This document shows positions 41,422 to 51,811 of a stretch of DNA of 64,000 bases, piece by piece. The stretch's first letter is position 1, and every line of letters starts with the position of its first letter. Source of the DNA: Elusimicrobia bacterium RIFCSPLOWO2_02_FULL_39_32 (GTDB lineage: Bacteria; Elusimicrobiota; Elusimicrobia; 2-02-FULL-39-32). Where the stretch lies: the NCBI GenBank assembly GCA_001800135.1, contig MGUU01000010.1, positions 273,495 to 337,494 on the forward strand, given 5' to 3'. A program made the translations under genes and the position numbers. The notes under the pieces are model-generated. The model was given only the letters and a program-made list of their open reading frames with translations, did no database searches and had not been told where the DNA came from.

Positions 41422-43262
41422 AAAGAGAGTACGATCATTGGCCAGGCTAAAGCAATTTGTTCATCGCTTTGTGTCTGGGACATTGAATTTTTAAGATTTT
41501 GAATTGTTTTTTTATTGAAAATCGGATTTGAGTCAAAAATTGAATCCTCTAAACTTGTTTGAATAAAATCTTTTTTAAAACTGCGCACCCAGTGAGCTAA
41601 AGGCAGAATAAAGCCATGTTTTTTTCTCCAAGCGATACTCCTAGGAAGAAACCTTGTCGCGATTTTTCTTAAGATATATTTGCCTTTAAAGAATTTTATT
41701 TTTTGGCTGGATGGAATTTTCCATGCGAGTTCTACGATCCGATGGTCTAAATAGGGAGGTCTGGCTTCCAGGGATTCGCTCATGCTGGCCATATCCACTT
41801 TCATTAATAAACGTTCTGGCAGAGCTGTGGAGCTTTCTAACTTAAGGATTTCATTTAAAAGTTGAGGATTTTGATGGTTCAATAGAGAAGGAGTAAGCAT
41901 TTTAAGATACCCTGAATTTTTCTGGCTGCTTTCACTATTTTCAAACAGGGATTCAATAATCTCTGATGAAAAATCCTGATTTAAATCAAACCAATTTAAA
42001 GGTGTGATCCAGGGGATGGTTTGAAAAGCTTGACCTTTCCCAAATTTTTTTGCGATAAAACTAAAAGGTTTTTGAAAAAATTTTGGTGATTTTAGGATCC
42101 ATTCTGAAAGCAGCAGAGCTTTATAGCGGTTGTATCCGGCAAAAAGTTCGTCTCCACCTTCTCCTGTGAGCGTAACTTTCACCTCTTCGCGAGCAAACCG
42201 GGAGAGAAGCGCGGTTGGCAGGATTGTAGGATCTGCCACAGGTTCATTCATTTTTGATAAATATTTTTCTGCTTGGGCAAGATCATTTTCAGTTAAGAAT
42301 AATTCATGATGTTCAGTGCCCAAAATTTTAGCAACAGTTCTTGCGTATTTAGATTCATCTACGCCGGTTCCTTTTTCAAAGCCAATAGAAAATGTTTTAA
42401 TTTTTTTAGCTGAGTTTTTTACCATGAGGGCTGTAATCAGGCTTGAGTCCACACCCCCGCTTAAAAAAGCGCCTAAGGGCACATCGCTTTGCATTTGGAG
42501 TTTTACGCTTTCATTTAAAAGATCAAAAAGTTCATTCTCAAAAGTTTCCTCATCTTTTTTTAAAGGGTCAAGAGCCGCGTTTAAATTCCAATAAGCTTGA
42601 TCCTTTATTTTTCCTTCTTTAAAAGTAAGAAAATGACCTGGGATCAGTTTGCGCACGTTTTTTAAAAGCGTGTATGGTGCTGGGACAAAGCGAAAAGAAA
42701 AAAAATCTTGGAGAGCTCTAGAGTCCAGTTCAAAAGGGACTTGGCCGCAAGCAAGCAATGATTTTAGTTCGGAAGAGAAAACAATTTTTTTTGAATCAAG
42801 AAAATAGTAGAGAGGTTTTATGCCAATCCTGTCCCTGGCAAGCAGCAGTTCATTTGTCTTATTGTTCCAGAGCGCAAAAGCAAACATCCCATTCAGTTTT
42901 TCTAACGCTTTTTCATTAATTTCAGAAAATAGATGCAGCAATACTTCTGTGTCGCTCTGGGTGAGGAATGTGTGCTCAAGATTTACACATTCTTTTTTTA
43001 GCTCTTTAAAATTATAAATTTCTCCGTTAAAGACTAGGGTGAGCTCTTGGTATTGCATGGGCTGATGGCCATTGGCTAAATCAATAATAGAAAGTCTTCT
43101 AAAGCCAAGGCCAATTTTAGATTGGGAGGAAGAATGAGGATTGGAAATAAAGAATCCTTCTTCGTCAGGCCCGCGGTGACTAAGCATTCCTGCCATTGAT
43201 TTAATGGTTTCAGGATTAACAGGCTGGCCATTAAAATTTAAAATTCCGCATATTCCACACAT
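41394..43262 (-). CDS. asparagine synthase (glutamine-hydrolysing) family amidotransferase, embedded in LPS cluster
   Basis: N-terminal MCGI nucleophile, GATase-2 domain, and SGGVDSS PP-loop synthetase domain. Confidence 0.85.
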   Translation of the reverse strand: MCGICGILNFNGQPVNPETIKSMAGMLSHRGPDEEGFFISNPHSSSQSKIGLGFRRLSIIDLANGHQPMQYQELTLVFNGEIYNFKELKKECVNLEHTFLTQSDTEVLLHLFSEINEKALEKLNGMFAFALWNNKTNELLLARDRIGIKPLYYFLDSKKIVFSSELKSLLACGQVPFELDSRALQDFFSFRFVPAPYTLLKNVRKLIPGHFLTFKEGKIKDQAYWNLNAALDPLKKDEETFENELFDLLNESVKLQMQSDVPLGAFLSGGVDSSLITALMVKNSAKKIKTFSIGFEKGTGVDESKYARTVAKILGTEHHELFLTENDLAQAEKYLSKMNEPVADPTILPTALLSRFAREEVKVTLTGEGGDELFAGYNRYKALLLSEWILKSPKFFQKPFSFIAKKFGKGQAFQTIPWITPLNWFDLNQDFSSEIIESLFENSESSQKNSGYLKMLTPSLLNHQNPQLLNEILKLESSTALPERLLMKVDMASMSESLEARPPYLDHRIVELAWKIPSSQKIKFFKGKYILRKIATRFLPRSIAWRKKHGFILPLAHWVRSFKKDFIQTSLEDSIFDSNPIFNKKTIQNLKNSMSQTQSDEQIALAWPMIVLSLWSKSLKKS

Positions 43263-43335
43263 AGTTTAAATAGTTTATCTTTAAGAATTCATTTTAAATT
43301 TAAAATAGTTGAACCTTGTTAGGAGAGCGCTTATT

Positions 43336-43346
43336 AAGCATAAATT
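43336..43346. repeat. AAGCATAAATT element overlapping the GT4 stop codon, upstream of the asnB-like gene
   Basis: gagcgcttattAAGCATAAATTaaat. Confidence 0.6.
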
Positions 43347-44448
43347 AAATATTCGTCCTTTGTTTTAAAGCAGATTGATAAAGTTGCAGCGTATGATCCA
43401 CCATCACTTTGCAAGAAGCATGTTCTCTAACCCAGTCCCGACCTTTTTTTGCGCATTCCTTTGCCTGAATTTCATTGGCAAGACAAAACAAAATTTTTTC
43501 AGCTAGTTTTTCCGAATCATTTACTGGCGCAAGGAAACCTGTAATGCCGTCTTGCACTATTTCCTGATTGCCGCTCACGTTCGAAGCTACAACTGGGATT
43601 CCTAATGCTAAAGATTCCCTTAAAGCTCCAGAGAGCCCCTCTCCTTCAATGCTGGAATTTACGCTTAAATTCAAGATGGAGAGAATTTCCGGAATATCTT
43701 TTCTAAAGCCTAAGAGCCTAACTGATTTAGATATCCCTAGTTCTTGCGTTTTTGGAAAAAGAGATTCTGTCTCTTTTCCTGCAAGTAAAAAGAAAATTTT
43801 AGGATTTTTTTTAAGACAAAGTTTTGCTGCTTCCAGAAAAACATGTTGCCCTTTCCAAAGGGAAAAATTAGCTATTTTCCCCACTATTTTACAATCATTT
43901 GGAATCTTTAATTCCTCTTTTAATTTTTGGTTCAGAGAGCAATTAATAAATTTTTCTTGGTTAAAAGCGCTGTAAACCACTTCTATTTTTTCTGGTTTAA
44001 CTCCGCCTTCAATCATGGTTTCTTTTACAGCTTTACTGACCACAGAATAACGATCAATTCTTTTGGAGCGATATTTCCATTTACTAAAAGGGTTAGCTCT
44101 TAAGGAAAAAGAGACGCGTCGGGAGACAATAAAACTAGGGGAAAGATTAAGGCTCAACGCAAGTAAGCTGATGGCATGAGCTGTGGGGTGATGGGCATGC
44201 ACAATCTCTGGCTGATTGTGTTTAAGAAGATGATAGAGACGACAGGCTGCTGCCAGATCATAGTCCTGAAACATGGATAGATGCTCGATATGGATTGGAA
44301 TGGTTTTTAGCTTTGGAATGAGTTCTGAAGTGGGAGGACAAACAAGAATGTTTTGGTGATTTCTTTTATGGAGCTCTTGAATTAAAAGTGAAATCTGTTC
44401 CATGCCTCCGGACCAGCCGATCGCATTGGTGATATGTAGAATTTTCAA
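43345..44448 (-). CDS. GT4 glycosyltransferase
   Basis: GT-B fold with N-terminal MKILHITN..GG and a C-terminal E-X7-E-like region. Confidence 0.75.
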   Translation of the reverse strand: MKILHITNAIGWSGGMEQISLLIQELHKRNHQNILVCPPTSELIPKLKTIPIHIEHLSMFQDYDLAAACRLYHLLKHNQPEIVHAHHPTAHAISLLALSLNLSPSFIVSRRVSFSLRANPFSKWKYRSKRIDRYSVVSKAVKETMIEGGVKPEKIEVVYSAFNQEKFINCSLNQKLKEELKIPNDCKIVGKIANFSLWKGQHVFLEAAKLCLKKNPKIFFLLAGKETESLFPKTQELGISKSVRLLGFRKDIPEILSILNLSVNSSIEGEGLSGALRESLALGIPVVASNVSGNQEIVQDGITGFLAPVNDSEKLAEKILFCLANEIQAKECAKKGRDWVREHASCKVMVDHTLQLYQSALKQRTNI

Positions 44449-45729
44449 CTAAAAGATTTCCTTTTCAGCTTTTCTTACACTGCGCGTAATGCCAATAAGA
44501 AAAAATAATGAAAGAGAAATAGTTGCTGTAAGGAAATTATGTTCAAAAAAGCCAGCTACAAGAATTGCGATAATTGAACTGGAAGAGCCTAAAGAAAGGG
44601 CAAACCCAAGCTGATTTTTTTTTAATTTATTTATAGTTTCGACCTCTTCTTTCAAAAGCAAACTCCAAAAAAATAAAAAAATAGCTAAACCTATTAACCC
44701 AGTTTCTGATGCGATGGTAAGATAACTGTTGTGAGCATGCCCTATGGCTGCAGGGTCCATCCTTTTCCATTCTGGAAAATTTTTTGCGTAAGAGGTGAGA
44801 TTTTTCCCCCAATTTTTGTAGCCCACACCTACTAAAGGATGATCTTGAATCATTTGTAAAGCTGATTTCCACATATAAATTCTTTGTTTTCCAGATTCAT
44901 CCATATGGTTAATATTAATAGTTTGAAACCGTTCTTTTACATAGGGTTCTAATCCCATGATGGAGTAGAATAGGGCTGATCCAAGAATAATTCCGGTTAA
45001 TAAAAATTTCTTTCCTTTTAGTGAAAGAAGAATCAGGGAGCTGAGGATGACGCTGAGATAATAGCTTCTTGAGCCGGTTAAGAGAACCCCTAGAAGAAGG
45101 ATGAGGGATGCAGACCACCAAAAAATTTGTTCTGTGGTGAAGGAAAAAACCAAACTTTTTCGTGGTCCTCCAGAATCCAATGACGATTCTGGAGTTAAAA
45201 AAAGGGTTTGACTCATTGAAAATAGATAGAGGATCGTATAAAGACCAGCAGTGTGCAGAGGGTAGGATTGAAACCCAAAGAATCTTTTGTCTCTAACTAA
45301 TAAACCTTTTTCAAACCAACCTTCGAAAAAAAAATGAACTTGTCCCCAATATTGAAAGATTCCTAATAGGACTACAAGACAACCCACGATTATTAGAATT
45401 TTTATAATTTTTTTTTCCCTCCCAGATAGAAAGGGGCTGAGCAGAGGGATTAAAAGATAGGGAAGAAAATTCCAGCTTTTGGCAAAAGATTTAATGCTTG
45501 AAAATAGTATTTCTTCTTGAATGATCCAGTTCGTCATGCATGCCCAGGTGAAAAAAAGTAGGATTAGAAAAAATGATTTAGGGATAAAGATTTTTTCTTT
45601 TCCTATTAAAAAAACAATGAGAGCCGTGAATAAAATAAGAGCTAAAGAAATATTGGTCGCGCTCATGGAAAGAGGCAGAGAGAAAGCATAGAGAAAAAGA
45701 GGAATCTCAATGGCTTTTGAAAGGCTCAT
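44449..45729 (-). CDS. O-antigen ligase-like (Wzy_C) polytopic membrane protein
   Basis: Roughly 10-12 TM helices and a periplasmic loop with HAHNSYLTIASETGLIG, the WaaL/Wzy_C signature. Confidence 0.65.
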   Translation of the reverse strand: MSLSKAIEIPLFLYAFSLPLSMSATNISLALILFTALIVFLIGKEKIFIPKSFFLILLFFTWACMTNWIIQEEILFSSIKSFAKSWNFLPYLLIPLLSPFLSGREKKIIKILIIVGCLVVLLGIFQYWGQVHFFFEGWFEKGLLVRDKRFFGFQSYPLHTAGLYTILYLFSMSQTLFLTPESSLDSGGPRKSLVFSFTTEQIFWWSASLILLLGVLLTGSRSYYLSVILSSLILLSLKGKKFLLTGIILGSALFYSIMGLEPYVKERFQTININHMDESGKQRIYMWKSALQMIQDHPLVGVGYKNWGKNLTSYAKNFPEWKRMDPAAIGHAHNSYLTIASETGLIGLAIFLFFWSLLLKEEVETINKLKKNQLGFALSLGSSSSIIAILVAGFFEHNFLTATISLSLFFLIGITRSVRKAEKEIF

Positions 45730-46496
45730 GAACCTAGTTTTGATTTTTGGTGAAGAATAAAATAACTCAGTATTTCTGTGAGCGCGTCATGGATACAGGC
45801 TAGTAATCCGGGCAGACCATCCAAAAATCCTAATTTAAAAATATAACGTCTTAAGAAGCGAGTAAGGGGTCTTAAAATAGAGAAGCGGATTAAATTAAAG
45901 ATGGAAGGTTTCACCCCATCTTTTAGGAGAAGCTCGCTTTTAAATTTTACGAAAAGTTTAAGCTTATTGAACCATGTTTCCATGTCAGGATAGGAGTCGT
46001 GCAGGATCGCACTTTTTAAAGCGCCTATTTTTCCATTACAATTAATTTTTTCATGCACAAGTTCTTTGGAAAAGGAGCAGCACTTTTTTTTAAAAAGCCG
46101 TACCTGATAGTCTGGATATTTACCGCCAAACCTAAGCCATTGACCAAAATAATAGTTTTTTCTGGGTATCCGGTAAGCGGAAAAGGAAGGATTTTCAGTT
46201 AAAATATCTTTTATTTCTCGACTTAATTCCAGAGGCGCTTGTTCATCTGAATCAATCAAGAAGACCCATTCAGAAGAAGTTTGATCCAAAGCAAACTGTT
46301 TTTGCTCTCCAAAAGATTCTAATTTTTTAGTAAAGATTTTTGCTTGGAATCCTTTGGCAATAGAAAGTGTTTGGTCAGTTGAACCATCATCCACAACTAT
46401 AATCTCGGTTGCTATCTCTTTAATGGAATCTAAACAGGCATGCACTGTTTGACTTGAGTTTTTGGTAAGGAGAATGATAGAAACAGGGATGTCCAT
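45726..46496 (-). CDS. GT2 glycosyltransferase (WaaE/KdtX-like core LPS)
   Basis: VSIILLTKN...VVDDGSTDQT...IDSDE GT-A motifs. Confidence 0.75.
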   Translation of the reverse strand: MDIPVSIILLTKNSSQTVHACLDSIKEIATEIIVVDDGSTDQTLSIAKGFQAKIFTKKLESFGEQKQFALDQTSSEWVFLIDSDEQAPLELSREIKDILTENPSFSAYRIPRKNYYFGQWLRFGGKYPDYQVRLFKKKCCSFSKELVHEKINCNGKIGALKSAILHDSYPDMETWFNKLKLFVKFKSELLLKDGVKPSIFNLIRFSILRPLTRFLRRYIFKLGFLDGLPGLLACIHDALTEILSYFILHQKSKLGS

Positions 46497-46512
46497 GTAG
46501 AGTTTAGAAAAT

Positions 46513-46947
46513 TTATTCTATTTTTTGGTTAACTGTAATTAGCAGGTCACTGCTGTTCAAGGAGACAGGATTTTTTTCATATTCCCCCGCTAGATCTCCG
46601 GGGTTTTTCGTCATTGCATCGCCATCTTTGTCTATCCTAACTATTAAATTAACTGGTTCATCTAAAGCGGCATTTGGCATCATTAGGTTTTGTGGAGTTA
46701 AATGAAAGTGGTAGGGATAAGATTTGCCTGTAAGTTTTTGTACCGCAATCGGTGGTCCTCCATGGAAAGGACGAGCAATTAAAAAAATAACGTCTGAATC
46801 TTTAGCAGAATTTTTTAGTTTTGGATCAATTTGGATTGTGCCAGAGATATTTAGAGAAACCTTATCTGGTATGTCTTGTTTCTTGCATGCAGGTAGAATC
46901 GTGGCGCAAGCAAAGCTTGTCACTAATAAAAGGCGGTTTATATTCAT
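46513..46947 (-). CDS. putative lipoprotein (hypothetical)
   Basis: Signal peptide with a lipobox-like LPAC (MNINRLLLVTSFACATILPACKK). No recognisable domain. Confidence 0.4.
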   Translation of the reverse strand: MNINRLLLVTSFACATILPACKKQDIPDKVSLNISGTIQIDPKLKNSAKDSDVIFLIARPFHGGPPIAVQKLTGKSYPYHFHLTPQNLMMPNAALDEPVNLIVRIDKDGDAMTKNPGDLAGEYEKNPVSLNSSDLLITVNQKIE

Positions 46948-47131
46948 ATAATTATTTTATCAAATACAACCATGAAATTGATATACTGCCTCCCTAGACT
47001 TGTGGGATAAATGTTAAGCCATGAAACTTAAGAGTAGATGCATACAGGTTTACGGTATATTATTAGAGTATGAAAGTCATCTTTAGTTTTTATAACCAAT
47101 ATAATTGTAAAGAACCAGTATCCTTTATTTA

Positions 47132-47479
47132 ATGAACGAAGTAGTGATAGTTTTTAGTATTTTAAGCATTCTGGGATTTTCCGTACTAAGTCATTATTTT
47201 TTATCTGTGGAAATTCTTTTAAAATTTGGTTTTGCTCTTACAGGATTCGGTCTTATTCTGGGTGTGCCTACAGGTTTTTATTATCATCTCCTTTTATTTA
47301 AATTTTTAAAAAAACGAGTAGCTTTGCCTTTTTTTTGGTGGCTTTCACCTTTAAAGTATCATGTTTATCTTATAGAATATGAATTGAAAGGATTAAAAAT
47401 TTGGTTTCAGATAGGCGCGCTTGGTTTTTTTATATCGCTGGGCGGATGTTTTATAGTGTTTATAGGACTCATTAAATAG
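47132..47479 (+). CDS. hypothetical small membrane protein
   Basis: 115 aa with 3-4 hydrophobic helices. First gene of the plus-strand block that interrupts the LPS cluster. Confidence 0.3.
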   Translation: MNEVVIVFSILSILGFSVLSHYFLSVEILLKFGFALTGFGLILGVPTGFYYHLLLFKFLKKRVALPFFWWLSPLKYHVYLIEYELKGLKIWFQIGALGFFISLGGCFIVFIGLIK

Positions 47480-47524
47480 TTTTTTCTAAGAGAGTGGGTT
47501 CTTAAATATAAATTAAATAATAAT

Positions 47525-47806
47525 ATGATTGAGAAATTAAAAGAGATTGCAAAAAGTGTAAAGCGGGAGGTTAAAGTTTGGAAGTTTATTTTAAAAGACC
47601 AGCGCACGCCTATGGTGTCAAAATTTCTTCTTGCTTTAGCAATTCTTTATGCCTTGATGCCATTTGACCTTATTCCAGATTTTATTCCCATCTTAGGTTA
47701 TTTAGACGATATTTTGTTAATTGGCTTATTAGTGTTCTTAGCTTTGAAATTCATCCCTAAAGAAGTGGTTGAAGAGTCTAGAATTCGTGCTAAATACGAA
47801 TTTTGA
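47525..47806 (+). CDS. YkvA/DUF1232 family membrane protein
   Basis: The ALMPFDLIPDFIPILGYLDDILL motif is the DUF1232 signature. Confidence 0.6.
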   Translation: MIEKLKEIAKSVKREVKVWKFILKDQRTPMVSKFLLALAILYALMPFDLIPDFIPILGYLDDILLIGLLVFLALKFIPKEVVEESRIRAKYEF

Positions 47807-48030
47807 CCTAATCCGACTCTCTTTATTGACCCATTTTATCCTTCATAGACACCTCTTTAGGACACCTGTCGTAATGTACATGTTATTGGTAGAGCAACCA
47901 TTCATAGAAAAAATATGTTGTTATCCGTTGCTTTTCAGGATATGTTTGGCGAAACAATTGTGATTACTGCGCACCCCATTACAATTACACAAATTCAGAA
48001 TAGAGTGCTGAAAGCGAGGTGGATTAAAGT

Positions 48031-48258
48031 ATGAAAAAAAATAAAAAAATTCCTTTGGTGAATTATGATCCTAAAGTAGATATTTTGTACATTGCTACTA
48101 AAGGAGGAGCGGAAGAGGAGTTTGTTGAAGTAGCTCCCGGTGTCCAAGTAGAATTAGATCGTAAAAAACAGGTGATCGGTATTGAAATCTTGAATGCTTC
48201 TCGTTTTCTAAAGCCTATTTTAAAACCTCTGGAACAAAAGGTTCAATTAGTTAGATAG
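48031..48258 (+). CDS. DUF2283 domain protein
   Basis: NYDPKVDILYIATKGG...IGIEILNAS matches the DUF2283 pattern (YDxExDxLYI ... GIEIL). Confidence 0.6.
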   Translation: MKKNKKIPLVNYDPKVDILYIATKGGAEEEFVEVAPGVQVELDRKKQVIGIEILNASRFLKPILKPLEQKVQLVR

Positions 48259-48500
48259 GAATTAATTTTGGCTCTTGAAGAGTTCAACTCTTTTAAGTTT
48301 TTTCAGGTCTGTGGATTTTATTAATGCGGATATGATCGCAAAAGAGCATAAAATAAGTTAGATCCCTCTAGCTGTTTGGAAAAATAACCGAGTTATAAAA
48401 ATCCTCCCTTAAATAGCCGTTCATCATATTTTTGACTACACTCAATTAGCGCCAGCTCCCAATAAAAAATAGTATAATCACAAATTGCGTAAGCTTTTTC

Positions 48501-48574
48501 GGGCCCTTAGCTCAGTTGGTTAGAGCACCCCGCTCATAACGGGATGGTCGCTGGTTCAAGTCCAGCAGGGCCCA
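48501..48574 (+). tRNA. tRNA-Met(CAT), elongator type (G1-C72), possibly tRNA-Ile2 (lysidine)
   Basis: Cloverleaf folded by hand: acceptor GGGCCCT/AGGGCCC, D-stem GCTC/GAGC, anticodon loop CTCATAA, T-loop TTCAAGT. No encoded CCA. Confidence 0.85.
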
Positions 48575-48585
48575 CAAAACTTTTT

Positions 48586-48659
48586 GGCGCGGTACCCAAG
48601 TGGCCTAAGGGAGCGGTCTGCAAAACCGCGATTCGTCGGTTCAAATCCGACCCGCGCCT
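48586..48659 (+). tRNA. tRNA-Cys(GCA)
   Basis: Acceptor GGCGCGG/CCGCGCC, anticodon loop CTGCAAA, T-loop TTCAAAT, discriminator U. Confidence 0.9.
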
Positions 48660-48668
48660 TTTATTTTT

Positions 48669-49397
48669 ATGTGTAGAATGATGGCGCTTTTGGCAAAAGA
48701 TGGGATCAAGGCTAGTTGGCTTACAACCTTTATGTCTTTAGCCATCCATGGAAAAATTAGATGTGATATGACGGAACCTGGTCATAAAGATGGCTGGGGT
48801 TTAGTCTCTTATTTTCAAGAGGATTTCCCAAAATATTTAGCCCGTGAACCTCATTCCATCCTGCAAGATGAAAAGGATTTTAAAAGCGCTGCAAAAGTTT
48901 TGGAAGTTTCACGCTCTAAAATCGTTTTAACTCATCTGCGTAAAACTTCCGTAGGTTGTCTTTCTATCTCTAATACACATCCTTTTCTTTATAAAGAGTG
49001 GGCTTTTGCGCACAATGGTACTATATACGATCATGAGAAAATTTTTTTAAAAAAATTAAAACCTGCCGGCAGTACTGATTCCGAACGATTTTTTCTTTAT
49101 TTAATGGAACATTTAGAGAACTCTCATCCTAGAAATCAGGATGAGATATTGATAGAGCTAAGAAAAGCAACGGAAGAAATTAAGAGGGATTTTCAGGTTA
49201 GTTCACTCACCTTTTTGTTGACCAATGGAAAGATGATTTTTGCTTTTAGAGATTGTGATTCTCAATTTAGAGATTACTATACTTTATATTCAACGGAGAT
49301 CGGAGAAAACAAAATATTTTGTTCCGAACCATTGATGGAGATTGCTTCTTCCTGGGATTTGTTAGAAAATAAAAGTTTTATCTGGTGTGGTCAATAA
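48669..49397 (+). CDS. class II (Ntn) glutamine amidotransferase, YafJ-like
   Basis: Begins MC (Cys2 nucleophile) with a GATase-2 fold (DGWG..., HNG). Confidence 0.7.
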   Translation: MCRMMALLAKDGIKASWLTTFMSLAIHGKIRCDMTEPGHKDGWGLVSYFQEDFPKYLAREPHSILQDEKDFKSAAKVLEVSRSKIVLTHLRKTSVGCLSISNTHPFLYKEWAFAHNGTIYDHEKIFLKKLKPAGSTDSERFFLYLMEHLENSHPRNQDEILIELRKATEEIKRDFQVSSLTFLLTNGKMIFAFRDCDSQFRDYYTLYSTEIGENKIFCSEPLMEIASSWDLLENKSFIWCGQ

Positions 49398-51396
49398 GTA
49401 CAATTTTTATAGGGTGGAGGTTGAAGAAATGGCAAAGGATAATAATAAAAAGTTTGATGGGCTTTTTGAGGATTCAAAAATTTTAAAGCCAAGCGCTGCG
49501 TTTGCTAAACAAGCAAATATTGGCGATAGGAAAATTTATGAAAAGGCGTTTAAAGATCCAGAAAGATTTTGGGCTGAGCAAGCAAAAAATTTGGTTTGGT
49601 TTAAACCCTGGAAGAAAGTATTGGAGTGGAAAGAGCCATTCGCAGAATGGTTTGTAGGAGGAAAATTGAATGTATCCTTCAACTGCCTTGACCGTTTTAT
49701 TGGAACCCCTACACAAAACAAAGCAGCCATTATCTGGGAAGGAGAACCCGGGGACAGCCAAACTTTAACCTATCGGCAACTTTATACAGAAGTTTGTAAA
49801 TGCGCGAATGTTTTAAAAAAGCTTGGGGTAAAAAAAGGAGACAGAGTTATTCTTTATATGCCTATGATTCCGGAACTTCCCATTGCGATGCTTGCTTGTG
49901 CCAGGATAGGAGCTGTGCATAGCGTTGTTTTTGGCGGATTTTCTTCTGAAGCCTTGCGCGATAGAATCAATGACGCAGAAGCTAAGGTGGTCATGACTGC
50001 CAGCGGTGGGTTTCGCAGAGGTTCTATCATTCAGCTTAAAAAAAATGTAGATGCTGCTTTAGAGGAAGCGCCTTCAGTAAAAAGCGTAGTGGTAGTTAAT
50101 AGAGCAATGGATCCAACCCATGTGCCTTTACAGGCTGGCAGAGATTTTTGGTGGCATCGTTTAATGAGTGAAGTTAATGCAAAATGTGAAGCCGAAGTTA
50201 TGGATTCGGAAGATATGCTATTTACTCTTTATACCTCTGGAACCACAGGTAAACCAAAGGGAATTGTGCATACCTCTGCTGGTTATCTTTTGGGAGTCAA
50301 TCTTACGACCCGATGGATCTTTGATCTAAAAGAGAGTGACATCTATTGGTGCAGCGCTGATATTGGTTGGGTGACAGGCCATTCTTATATTGTTTATGGA
50401 CCGCTTTCCAATGGCGCAACGATTGTGATGTATGAAGGTTCACCGGATTTTCCAGAGAAGGATCGTTTTTGGAGGATCATTGAAAAAGTTGGAGTTACTA
50501 TTTTTTATACCGCTCCCACAGCGATTCGTACTTTTATGAAATGGGGCGAACAATTTCCCAATCAATGTGATCTAACTTCACTCAGGCTTTTAGGAACAGT
50601 CGGGGAACCGATTAATCCTGAAGCATGGATGTGGTATTATAAAAATATTGGGAGAGAAAAATGTCCAGTGGTAGATACTTGGTGGCAGACAGAAACTGGC
50701 ATGATTTTAATTTCCCCTCTTCCTGCCATCACCTCATTAAAGCCAGGTTCCGCCACACATCCATTTCCAGGAATTAAAGCAAAAATTGTGGATGAATCAG
50801 GCAAAGAAGTTGCCTCTGGTTCTAGTGGTTACTTAGTATTAACAACTCCCTGGCCAAGCATGTTGAGGGGAATCTATGGAGATATGAAACGGTACAAAAA
50901 TCAATATTGGAGTAAGTTCCCCGGATTTTATTTTACAGGAGATGGCGCTAAAAAAGACAAGGATGGTTATTTTTGGCTATTGGGCAGGATTGACGATGTC
51001 ATGAATGTTTCTGGCCATAGAATTAGCACCATGGAAGTGGAGAGCGCATTAGTGGATCACCCTCTAGTAGCAGAATCTGCAGTCGTAGGCAAAAATCATG
51101 AAATTAAAGGACAAGCGATCTCTGCTTTTGTTACGCTTAAAGAGTCTGTAAAAAAAGGGAATGGCCATGTTGAATTAATTGAAGAGTTAAAAGCGCATGT
51201 TACAAAAAAGATTGGATCTTTAGCTCGGCCGGATGATATTTTTTTTACCGCGGAACTGCCTAAAACCCGTTCTGGTAAAATTATGCGCCGGCTTTTACGC
51301 GATATTGCGGAAGGCAGGGCTTTAGGAGATACCACAACTCTAGCAGATGCAACTGTTGTAGCCAAATTAAAAGACCAGTATGAAGAGGGTGAATGA
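49387..51396 (+). CDS. acs: acetyl-CoA synthetase (acetate--CoA ligase)
   Basis: AMP-binding motifs [11 protein letters not shown], the Acs-specific N-terminal domain and WWQTETG. The start could be the internal Met at 49429. Confidence 0.9.
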   Translation: MVNKYNFYRVEVEEMAKDNNKKFDGLFEDSKILKPSAAFAKQANIGDRKIYEKAFKDPERFWAEQAKNLVWFKPWKKVLEWKEPFAEWFVGGKLNVSFNCLDRFIGTPTQNKAAIIWEGEPGDSQTLTYRQLYTEVCKCANVLKKLGVKKGDRVILYMPMIPELPIAMLACARIGAVHSVVFGGFSSEALRDRINDAEAKVVMTASGGFRRGSIIQLKKNVDAALEEAPSVKSVVVVNRAMDPTHVPLQAGRDFWWHRLMSEVNAKCEAEVMDSEDMLFTLYTSGTTGKPKGIVHTSAGYLLGVNLTTRWIFDLKESDIYWCSADIGWVTGHSYIVYGPLSNGATIVMYEGSPDFPEKDRFWRIIEKVGVTIFYTAPTAIRTFMKWGEQFPNQCDLTSLRLLGTVGEPINPEAWMWYYKNIGREKCPVVDTWWQTETGMILISPLPAITSLKPGSATHPFPGIKAKIVDESGKEVASGSSGYLVLTTPWPSMLRGIYGDMKRYKNQYWSKFPGFYFTGDGAKKDKDGYFWLLGRIDDVMNVSGHRISTMEVESALVDHPLVAESAVVGKNHEIKGQAISAFVTLKESVKKGNGHVELIEELKAHVTKKIGSLARPDDIFFTAELPKTRSGKIMRRLLRDIAEGRALGDTTTLADATVVAKLKDQYEEGE

Positions 51397-51778
51397 GAAA
51401 TTAATGAATTTAAATGAGAAATTTCCTGTATCTTTCCATAAGGTTAAAGAACTCATTCAAAGAATTCATGCCTTAAAAATTGAACCTAGCCAAATTAGAG
51501 AAGAGTTTAGTTGCGGAGGCGGCCCTGGAGGCCAGAAAATCAATAAAACCGCAAATTGCGTGACCTTGCATTATGATCCTTTAAATTTAATGATTAGAGC
51601 GCAAAAAGCTAGGCAAAGATCCCTGAATCGTTTTTTAGCTTTAAGGGAATTAGTGGATAGAATAGAAATGCAATACTCGCCTCGAACTTCCATTCGTTTA
51701 AAACAAATCAGCAAATTGCAAAAACAAAAAGCGCGGCGCAGACGTAGAAGTCTTAAAAAAATATTTTTATTGACTTAA
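51380..51778 (+). CDS. arfB: ArfB-like peptidyl-tRNA hydrolase (GGQ motif, basic C-terminal tail)
   Basis: [21 protein letters not shown] loop and a C-terminal [13 protein letters not shown] tail. Overlaps the acs 3' end by 17 nt. Confidence 0.65.
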   Translation: MKRVNEKLMNLNEKFPVSFHKVKELIQRIHALKIEPSQIREEFSCGGGPGGQKINKTANCVTLHYDPLNLMIRAQKARQRSLNRFLALRELVDRIEMQYSPRTSIRLKQISKLQKQKARRRRRSLKKIFLLT

Positions 51779-51811
51779 AAGTTATGGATATGGGATAATG
51801 GAAAACCAAAT

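Noticed and set aside
47769-47963. 64-aa plus-strand ORF as the DUF2283 partner
   Set aside because: It is in a different frame from the mini-ORF that overlaps the DUF2283 ATG, and its translation is hydrophobic with no toxin-like features. Kept only as part of the 'possible remnant' finding.
48501-48574. Possibility that the tRNA(CAT) is the initiator tRNA
   Set aside because: It has a Watson-Crick G1-C72 pair. Bacterial initiators carry a C1xA72 mismatch.
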